A stretch of 63,865 nt of DNA, filler included, from Choristocarpus tenellus KU-1152 (Eukaryota; Protista; Phaeophyceae), in NCBI GenBank assembly GCA_964200185.2. It is 4 parts of 4 records of this genome, joined end to end, with 100 filler letters (N's around TTAATTAATTAA, not from the genome) between each part and the next. Parts side by side here need not be neighbours in the genome. Positions count along the whole stretch, not along the records: positions 1 to 31,119 come from CAXNAD020000086.1; positions 31,220 to 58,280 come from CAXNAD020000155.1; 2 more parts are not named here. The stretch is one strand, 5' to 3'. The position numbers were made by a program, and so were the translations under genes. How positions within the stretch are numbered: the stretch's first letter is position 1; every line of letters starts with the position of its first letter. This document shows, piece after piece, positions 24,046-34,200 of the stretch. Below the pieces are notes generated by a model. It was not told the origin of the DNA. It worked only from the letters and a program-made list of their open reading frames with translations, and ran no database searches.

Positions 24046-27000
24046 GACAACAGACAAACCTACTTTCTTAACACAATTGTTTCTGTAGAATATCGTAGCT
24101 GTCAAAAATTCTTTCCGTAAAGAACACTAACAAAAATTAGTATGACACATTTTCATTGGCTTTTCCCCTGCCACATCTCCAAAAAGTCGATAGCAAAATA
24201 GTATACATAAATATGTTCACAGAATAAAGAAAGAGAAGAAAAGTTACAAAAAAAATTCAACGCACCATTAAAAAAGAATTGAAATGATGTTCATACAAAT
24301 GTGTATGTAGAAATGGAGAGGTCGAAATTCCTGTTGGGATGTGTAGCCAAAGGTTGGCCCAGAGGGCTCTGCAACAACCTAAATAACCCAAATCATGCCC
24401 TTAGATATGGAAATAGAAAATGTTGAAGTCACCAATGACTTCAGTAAGGTCAATGAGGATGAGAAGGACCAGATTCTATGTCTTGCCGTGAAAAAAAGAT
24501 GGCAAGAGGTCCATCTGAAGGACCCTCACTTCAGATTGCTGATGGAAGGAAGGCAAACTAATCCAGAGGAGAATAGGAAAAAATATATATCATCAATGGA
24601 GATAAATGAGTACACCATCAAGCAGGGTCCCAACCAGGAATCTTCCAAGATCTATGTCAAACCTCTTTGGGAGAACCAAGGCAGAGTGCCCCAAGGCTGT
24701 GTTCTGCAACTGTGCCAACTTGAAGGAGTCTTTTACGGATAAGATCGAACATTTTTAGCTCCCAAATTAGAACTCATTTGGAATGGAATGGAATGAGAGC
24801 TGGTGAAAATACAGAATTATGGAGAAGGTAAGTGTCGTGCAATGTTCAATTTAAACCATGTTCGCTTCAGTTTTTGCTTCCTGTTGATCTTTTAGAACTC
24901 AGTCGAGAGATAATTTGACTAGATCCGCCACCCAACAGTCACCCCCTCGTGGCCCTCCTCTACAGGATCTCCAGTTAGCAGACGCGTCGGAGGTAAGGGG
25001 GGGTTCCGATAGAGTTTAATTACTCTTTTCCAACTATCTCCTTGGTAGCTCAGGGGCTTACATAAAGTTTAACAAACACTACTCTTGTGGGATTGAATCT
25101 AGCCATGGTTACACATGTGTCAAAAGGCAACACACACCACCAGGATACACAACCTCACTTTAGAAACTACCTCATCGAAGCCATTCACTCATTAAAGGGA
25201 ATGACTAGAGGGATAGCAACCCTCGGACGAAACCTTATCAAGTCTAACAAACAGTTTGCGATGCCCGGGATTAGGTTTTGTTGAAACTTTCATAAACCCC
25301 TAAGTTACCAAGAAAGTAGTCAGTGAAGCTGACTATGTTCTCTGTAGATTAGGGCTTTGCGGAAGTTGTAAAAAACCCTGCAGTCATGGAATGAGTTTTA
25401 ACAAGCAGTACATATGGCCAACAGCATACTATGGAGAGTGTGGGGTGTAATGTGTAAACACAATCCATACAGTGGCAGTGGGTGCTGGTGGAGGGATAAT
25501 TCACCAACCCTGTTATGTCCAGTCCTTCCCGCTACGATGACCTCAATTTTTTGCGTTGTTAGGGGTTAGACTGAGAAAAATCCCCTAGCTGTTGACCTCG
25601 AATTGGCATCATGTTCTTACGATGTCGTGTGGTATGAAATCAGAGGGATTCCAATGTTGTATGTCACAAATAAGTTGCAACATGATCATTGATGTCTTGC
25701 ACCGTATAGTCTTCTAAAGAGTAGGGAATATATTTGTTACTATTTATGAACTGTCCAACTGTCCATTTTTCTTCAATTTCCAATTGAAATATTAGTATCT
25801 TCCGGTCCTCACTCTGATGGGTCCAACATTGGCATATTCTGACATACTCGCTCGATTCCTTACAATCAAATCACCCCAAAGATATTTTAATAGATACCAT
25901 AGATCATAGTGGTCATCAGTCACCCATACTGTGAACACAGACCATTATGCTCAAAATACTCCAACTCGAGGACCTCTTTTTTGGGGGTGGGATGAAGGAT
26001 TGCAATATTTGCACTTTTTATATACGTGATTATATAGACCAAGAAAATACATGCGTGTAGGGGGCTGGGTAGGTTCCTGGCTAGGGTCATTGTGGCACCC
26101 TAAAACGGATGACAATGAGCTGAGTGGTCTCTTCGTAAATCTACACGTAGAATCATTCAGACAAAAACACAAAATAACTTGTTTTTCTGGCATTTCTAAG
26201 AAAAGCTATAGTGCAGAGAAGGGATGATGACACTTGTTTCAGATCTACTGTTATGCGCCTGCTGTATAGTACTAACATATCTTGTAAATTCTTTGTCCCA
26301 TATTATTATATTGATTTGGATATTACATCACAAATAAAACATATTTTTCATTGTGTTGAGCTAAGGTTCTCTAGGGTGGGGAAACGATAGGGTGGCGGCA
26401 TGTGTGAGCATGCTCATATGCTGACAATGTGGGTGTTGTGTCTTGGACTGGAATCTGGGCAGTAGAGAGTTAGTTACTGACGGTATCTACATAGGATATT
26501 TGGTTTAAGTTTATGCTGACTAAGTTCAAGACAGAAACTGTGTGCCATCGGCTCCTAACAAGGCCATATGACATAATTACAGTTCTATCAAACCCAAGTC
26601 GTTTGTTTGGTCATTGTTCTACCAAACAGGTAGTGACCTACAGATCATATTAATGGTTCCAAACGGTTGTAAGGGTTACATGAAAGCAGCGGCTGCTTAC
26701 AAATGAGAATCATCGATTCTATTAGAACAAGCAACAAACATTATCTTAGGAAAAGTGCCCATAGAGTTCTGAACTATGAAATGATAAGATCAGAAATAGC
26801 GTTCCTTGTGTAGATTGTGTTGGTAGCAGAGATAGTTCAAAGATTTTTCCATAGAAATATGCTGACTTGATTCTAGTTGAGGTCATCCTATTATCCCAAA
26901 ATAGTTTGGTGCATTCAGGGTACAAGGAATTGATGCAGTACTTAGCGTGTCCTTTTTATATTTTGGAGTAGATAATGTTCTTGCATTTAAGTGCAACAAG

Positions 27001-28404
27001 CACATATTTGCTCCTCTCTGGACCATTGCAATCTCTGCCTTTCTTTGTGGTCCTGTTGTCCAGTCCACAAATGAAATGAATGAGGTCAGTACTAAGGGAG
27101 CTTAAGCTACTAACAGTATTGTTGCTGGGTCCAAAATATGGTGCTAGAAATTATTCGGATAAGGGTTCTAGAACCTTTGGAGTATATTTCATGTGCAGGG
27201 GATCTTACCAAATCTGACCTTCCGCTGTGGATACATAGTTCTGTCGATCTGAACTACACAACCAGTTACATTTCTGTGTTACAATTGATTATCCTTTGTT
27301 CAACATATTTTCGGCACAAAGGGTTTTAAAAACTGCGGGGCGGCAGTTTGTGACAAATTGGTGGTTAATACTGGGAGTGTTGCAACTGACCTACTTCATC
27401 CTTATCTGTTCAGTCTTAAAGTTCAGACAATACTTGAGCAATCAACACACCTGGCAACGACGCACACAATATCAATTGTTGTGCTTGCTCACGCTATCTG
27501 AATACACGAGTTAGTTGGGTGCACAGATCTGGTGCTTTGGGTGCAGTTATCTTACCCACTCGTCACTCCTCCTCCTCCCTCATGACACTGCTTGCCCCAT
27601 GGCAATGAAGGTTCCCCACCACCACCTAGCGTTTCCTTCTTACTATCTGTGTGGTTGAACACCATGCAGTAGTATGTACATGTATATCTCCCCGATGAAA
27701 TTGCCCATGGTAGGACTAATTTTGTATGAATACAAACATCCTCAATCAAAATCAATCTCTCACACATTTCCTCTATAAAGGAGTGTAGACTGCCATCTAC
27801 ACCATGATCTGAACGTGATATTCATTCAACACACCGAGAGTTCTAAACTCGCATTTGCACGTAGCAATTCCTACACACATCTACTCTCCCCTTCTTGCAG
27901 CTCTTGAAGACCCTTCAAGGTGCTAGTAACCAGTCTAAGACAAAGCATCCTCAGGAGATGGCTTCTGGCAAGACAAGGTCTAGGGCAAAGGGAAGAAGAC
28001 AGTGAAGAAGGGTGACCAGCCTAACATGGAGATCTATCTGGAAGGAGGTTCAAGATCTGCCCCTATGCACAGATAAACTGATTTCTATGTATCCAAGGAG
28101 GATACCACTTTTAGTACTTACGAAACGGATGGTGTTTGAGGTGATACAATAAACAATATCAGAAAGGTGTGGGGAGGATTTAGTCTCTTGCATTTTCACA
28201 AGTGAGTAACCAGTAGCCCCCAATTCCCTCTCCATCCCCAACTGCAAATACAATCCCTTTTCCTGGTAGAGGAGCCAACTACCCCCTCCCTCTGCAATCC
28301 CACCTCCAAACCAGAAAGCAGAACAGAAAAGAAACGTACAGCAACCAAGTTTGTCCCAAAAAGAAATAAGTCGATCGCAGCTCTCATCCTTGATATATTT
28401 CCAC

Positions 28405-28584
28405 CTTGTAAAACACCACCGGGCCAATGCCTCAGCAAGGAACTCCCCTCGCTTCACACCATCGAGAAACAAGCTGCTCCTTCTCACACTGTGTAGAGGG
28501 CTTGATGTACGCCAGGTCGCGTGGCTTGTACCCCACCTTCAGGAGGGATCCCAGCAAACCCAGGAATACACTGCTCTTGCCCAC
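28405..28584 (-). pseudogene. Isolated exon of a BioD/AAA_26-like P-loop protein with an in-frame TGA
   Basis: AG|...|GT-bounded 180-nt frame VGKSSVFLGLLGSLLKVGYKPRDLAYIKPSTQCEKEQLVSRWCEARGVPC*GIGPVVFYK. The VGKS P-loop followed by YIKP resembles dethiobiotin synthase / Pta N-terminal domains. TGA at 28432-28434. Flanking exons were not found. Confidence 0.6.
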
Positions 28585-31119
28585 CTTAATGGCATAACAC
28601 ACAAGGTAAACATAGTATAGATGACTTACAATCATTTCTATCATGCAGTTCCATGAAGCAAAGAGAGGTTTTCATTTCAATGACTCAAGCTGTTGGATCT
28701 GCTTGGGGGGCCAGGGGGAGGGAAGGGTGGCATGGGACGTTACATGCTAATTGCAAGTTGAAGGCTTCTTATGGAGGCCATAATGTTGTGTGCCCCATGG
28801 AAATATCAGGGTGGTGCACACACCACTATAGCCACTGTATGAAGCCCTCAATAGGCAATTACCACGCGTAGAGCAAAATGAAACATTATGATAATATAAA
28901 CAAGTCAATATGCACAAGACAAGAATGGCACGACCAATAAGTACACACAGAATGACGGCACGCCAATGAGGAAAGACACCCTTATGTGCTATCACAAGAG
29001 GTATGGATGGGTCTGAGCATTCTGTATGTTGACATCCCCAACCATGGTATGTATACCAACCATCTAGTCCACAGTGTTTTCGAGGTCCATGGTTATTGAA
29101 GTCATGCATGAGACTAACAGGTGGATAAAATAATATTCAATTTTGAGTATGAAAAGTTGATGGATTCACATCAGAAAGGCGTGGAAAATGGTTGCGTCTT
29201 CATCAAAATCCTTCAACTGTTGGAATTTGTAAAAAACAACCAGAACATGGGGGCACAACGCAAACATGCCAGTCCCTGTGGGTGAAGCTTTATGTCGAAC
29301 ATTTCTTTGCCGACCAAGAAGTGCAAATGATTGTCAAATAACACATCCTTCACACCTTTCCTTCCTCATGCCTTACCCATATTTTATATGCTCTACATTA
29401 ATGGATGGTGACATAGCAATGTTCACGGTCGGAGTTGGTGGTTTGAGATGGTGAGACATCAACAAGATATTAAATATGCCTAAAAGAAAGCTGCGCTATT
29501 GATAGAAAGCAGAATTGGCAACTTATTTCTCATCCCAGACTTTGAACCCAACTCTGTGGGAGAATTGAAAAAGGTGTATGGAAAAGTGCCCACCTCTACA
29601 AAAGGGATTAAATTGTCACAGTCAAGACATAGTGAGGCTAGCACAGGGGTTGATGCTGTCGATGTGACAAGCAAAAGGTGGAGATGGGAATGAGGTGAAG
29701 TTGATGTGCCTCAGCAACCAATGGGTGAGAGTGTAACACCTGTGGACGTCAGCAGTGGTACTGATAATGCCTCTGATGAAGCAGAGGGTACAGCATGTTC
29801 AGGTTCTCCTCCGTACACCTGTAGGTAAACAGTGGGCGGGGCGATTGAGACAGAGGATTAGAATGGTGAGAGCACCTATCGTACGAAAGAGAATTTCCTG
29901 TATGATAGTGTAGCTTGTCACTTGGAATCCAACTCCAGCAGACAAGATAATGGTGCTGAGAGGATGCAAAAGGACCAACAAAGTGTACGCCAAGATCCTT
30001 AGAGATGTGATCATTGAGCATGGATTCCTCAAGGATTCCATCAGTACCTATTGAAAGGAGTGGTGGTTGATAATAATGCTGTTTGCACCACCCAAAATTG
30101 AAGGAATGCAAAAAGATAATGAAGCAGACCTTGCAGCTTGCTGCATTTTGATTAAGAGGTTGGGTAAGTTTCTTCATGGAGTCAATGTGGAGGAATGGAA
30201 CACTCACTAATCATCACACGGCAACCCATGTCACAAGCAGATGGAAGAATGAAGGTCACAATTTTGCAACCATGAAAGATGTGGTGGATGGCTTGCCTTT
30301 AAGTGAGTGTCTCATGTCTCCAAACCTCTAAGGGAGCCAGTAAGTATGATGGACAGTAAATTCCTTGTGTATGTATTTTTTTCACTAATATTCATGAGAT
30401 TTAGGGTTGTTCAGAGTAAAGCAATGAAATGTTCTTTCAGTGACTTTGTTTCAACTTTGGGCACCTCTTTTTCTCGCATCTTTGCATAAGAGGTTGATTG
30501 AGTCTGGAGTACTTTCTATCTGACCTGATCCTATTTCTGGCTTCCCACAATAACTATTGTAATTGCAACAATTTTTTTTGGAGCAGTATACATAGTAGTC
30601 ATTGTGAGATGCGAAATATGAGTAAGTGCCATCTTCATCCCAGGACCCACTGTAGAGTTTTCGAAGTACTCCGTCGACCAGCATCTACCTCTGTCTTGTG
30701 GCGCTTCACTTTGTGCTTGCTTCCCTCTCCTCTTTTCTGAGGTCTTGAAATCAGCGTTGCAGTTCTCAATGTGTAATAGGAACTTCCTTTCCTAGGCCCT
30801 TGGACGGTTCAGAGCCGTAGACTCTGACCCCATCATGGCAACATTGTACAGATCGTCACAGATTTTCAGGTAGTGTCATCATTCGTGTACCCCGTTCACA
30901 CCTGAGATTACCTGAAACGAGGCAAGAAGCATCTCTGTAGCTCGAAGCATTGGTGCTTTTGAAGTATCCAGTTGATTAGTGTTGTGGACAGGCCGTGCCG
31001 GGGACGCAGTATCGTAGGGGTTTGTTTCATGCTAGTACAGTGGGTGTACCGATATAAGAGAGGCTAGGGGCAAGCAAAAAAATCTCTTATATCCTGATCC
31101 TCCCTCCGATGCCCTGTAC

Positions 31120-31219
31120 NNNNNNNNNNNNNNNNNNNNNNNNNNNNNNNNNNNNNNNNNNNNTTAATTAATTAANNNNNNNNNNNNNNNNNNNNNNNNN
31201 NNNNNNNNNNNNNNNNNNN
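31120..31219. other. Artificial contig linker (N44-TTAATTAATTAA-N44)
   Basis: Exactly 100 nt with a six-frame stop cassette at 31164-31175. Confidence 0.95.
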
Positions 31220-34200
31220 TACATGGAGATATCAAGCCTCAGAACCTCTTGTTTGCTCTGGAGCTAGACACGGAGTTGTCTGAAGACACTACAAGTGTTG
31301 GGTCATTGTGAGTCCCAATCGCTGCACAGTGCTGCACTTGCAATAGCATGAGTGATGTACGGAATGTATCACCCACCAAGAGTGGCATTTTGGCCAATTG
31401 GGTGCTCTGCATGCCTTATTGATCCAATCAAATTCGTTTTTTCTGGCGCATATTACCTTACCCCCTCAATATTGACATCAGCCAGCACTACTGTCACCTC
31501 TTGCTATTACTAGAGCTCTATAGTGGTGTTAATAGTAATCTTTCCTGAGTATAGTTTTTTTTTGTGCAACAATGGTTGAGATGCTGAGAGGAGAACCTAA
31601 GCCAATATCTTTTCATAGGTGTCATTTCTTGATGGGCACTTGCTGCTGTCTTTGTTGCTTCAGTGGATGCAACTTTCCTCCAAGACATTAATGCCCAATG
31701 TATCTGCGATATGTTTTGTCATGTTCTTTTGTCCTCTCTCCCTTACTCAAACACATCTCCAATACACCAATACTCCCCCCTTGGAAATTTTAGATTTTTT
31801 TTTCTCCATTTACCTCTTGCCGTTGCTTAACCAAATCTTTGTTATCATTTGTATATATGTGCATGTATTTACATATGTATGTGTATATTGTGGGGTGGCA
31901 GGAGGGGGGATGCAGGGTTAATAGGTGGTGGGAAACGGGAAGAGAAGGGGAGTATAAACCAACAAGGGGAGGAGAGTGTATCTCTCTCTGGTGAAGCAGT
32001 GACATCTCCTGCAGGACTGTTGGCCAAGCTCTGTGACTTTGGGCTCTCGTGCAAGGTGTGTGTTACTCCTTTTTGTGTTCCTTTTGTGCTGAGAATATGT
32101 TGTTTGTTTTTGTGTTGCATGTTTGTTTGTCAGGTTGGCAAAGTGCCTTCTGAGTACCTTCTTTTGTTTGAGGGTAGCTTGGTCTGATTTTTCCCCTGCA
32201 GCCAATGCAAACAGGTGGAAAACCCCCCAAATCTAATTCTTAGCTACTTACCATAATCATTTGTCCCTGTGAAACATAACTGGTGGACCTATATATATAT
32301 ATATATCATTTGAGTGTATTGTTGGTGTGGGAATGTTCGTAGAGCGTATCAGTAATCTATTTTTTGACAGAGATTGTCTGTCTCATGTGATCAGAAGATC
32401 AATAATCTATTTGTTGACAGAGATAGGATAGTCTGTCCCATGTGATCACAAGGTTTGAAGAAGATATTTGTATGAGGTGGAATCTCACACCAACGAGAGG
32501 GTCGACCCCTCTATGTAGATTGGATTTCTTTATGATGTTGAAGAAGGGTTTATGAATATAAGTAGTGTATGGAGTACAGTGCTCAATGTGTGAAAAAAGA
32601 AGTGAGTGGTACATAGTGTATGTACTCCCAAAGCATGAGCTGTTTGATGCTCCAAGTTTGTAGTTCTTTGAGGTGATGAAATGACCACCGCTAATATTAA
32701 AATAATATTGATAGTACTACTCTACTATTATTACTGTATTACTTCAAAACGATTATTGGAGTAACTAGAGTATTCGTCAATAACAACAACAATATTATTA
32801 GTATGAGTAAATCCAGGGTCAGAAAGAAGTCCGCCTTCCTTTGGTATTTGAACGCCTTGCAACATCTTTCCTGAGCTTATTGCAACTCCTCCCTCTCTTT
32901 GTTCCTTGTTGACATGTTGTTGACACCTGTTGACACCTGTTGACACCTTGTCGATACCTTGTTGACACCTTGTTGACAGGTGCCAGACGCACGGTTCTAT
33001 AAGCGGACAGGAGACATAAACAAGATTCCCTGGTCAGGGATGCTGGGCACGGGCGGCTTCATTGCCCCAGAGATCATTCGTCAGGAACCTTTTGGAAAGG
33101 CTGCTGATCTATGGTACGCTGCAGGGATGTCATCTAGCAATTGAATATTTGCTCCCGAAAATTGTATCTTCTCTTCAATAACCCCTGACCCTCTCGTTGC
33201 GACATGTGTCACCTGTTTGATAGAGCTGTTGGGGTGGGGTAGGGTGGTTCCTTGATCAACCAGCAACCAATGAAATGGAATTAAAATTTACTATGGTGTG
33301 CCTGTTCACCAATCAATCGCAGTGGCGTGTTCCGACTCCATGATTCCCTGATTATATTTTGTTCTTATTTGGCGTGCTACTGTTGTTTTCGTGATCATGG
33401 TGATTGCATCAGTAGTACATGCTTGCGAGGGCTGAATGCAAGTGTCTCGCAAGTATCAACACACTTTCCCTTCCAGGGGTTGAAGAAGCACACTCAACCA
33501 TTTATCGGCCGCATCAATTCTGATTACTTCCATTATCAGTGAGTTATAACCAAAAATTTTGATACGGATTGTTCAATTACTCCATGTGTCATCCGCGACC
33601 GCACATGCCTCCTAAAGTTCCTGTTTGTGGCACACATGATGGTACTATCGTAAGTAAATATGTGTGATGTTAGCCCTAATGTGTTTTCGCTCTGATGATG
33701 CCCCCACTACTTGGGAGGTCGAATTTCTTGTGGTATGCCCCATGACCCTGATGATTGATCTTGATTAACTGGCTATATTTGAGAGCTGAAGTGATCATAA
33801 TTGAAAGTTGAACATCCTCTTGGTTCGCAACTCTACGTTAGTTACTTGACCCATAGCATTTAAGAGGGCAAGGGTTTTGCCCCCTTTGTCCGTTCGGGGC
33901 TTGGCTTCCCACAAGTTTTTTATGCCCTTTTCGGTTTTCTGTGTGAACACATTCACCTAAAATTAATCAACCATGAAAGGTGTGTCCAGAGGAAGGATAT
34001 TGATGCTTGCAAACAAACATGATAGCCAAAATGATTCAAAATCGCAACATTGGATTTTGGACCCCTAACGGACGCTGCCGTACCTGCTTAAATACATTGG
34101 CTCCATATAACATGGTGGATTGAGATACAATCAACCATTCCCCTGCAGCCAACCTCTTTGTCCTCTTTCATGGTGTGTGGATTGTTTTGATTTCAAAAAT

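Larger units (their letters stand above)
19925..24205. repeat. Local cluster of a degenerate module of about 200 bp ending in a CCCTGACA...TCAGAGGG hairpin
   Basis: Partial or complete copies at about 19925-20042, 20057-20168, 20465-20515, 22610-22679, 22899-23073, 23288-23330 (inverted) and 24150-24205. Confidence 0.7.

Noticed and set aside
19925-24205. CRISPR-like repeat-spacer array
   Set aside because: Repeats are long, degenerate and irregularly spaced; no cas genes; eukaryotic context.
24395-24742. 115-aa ORF as a host gene
   Set aside because: Intronless, no motif, and in a TE-rich region. Probably a TE fragment, but it cannot be assigned.
31164-31175. TTAATTAATTAA as a biological motif (PacI-like site or repeat)
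   Set aside because: It is centred in fixed-length N blocks three times, so it is a synthetic six-frame stop linker.
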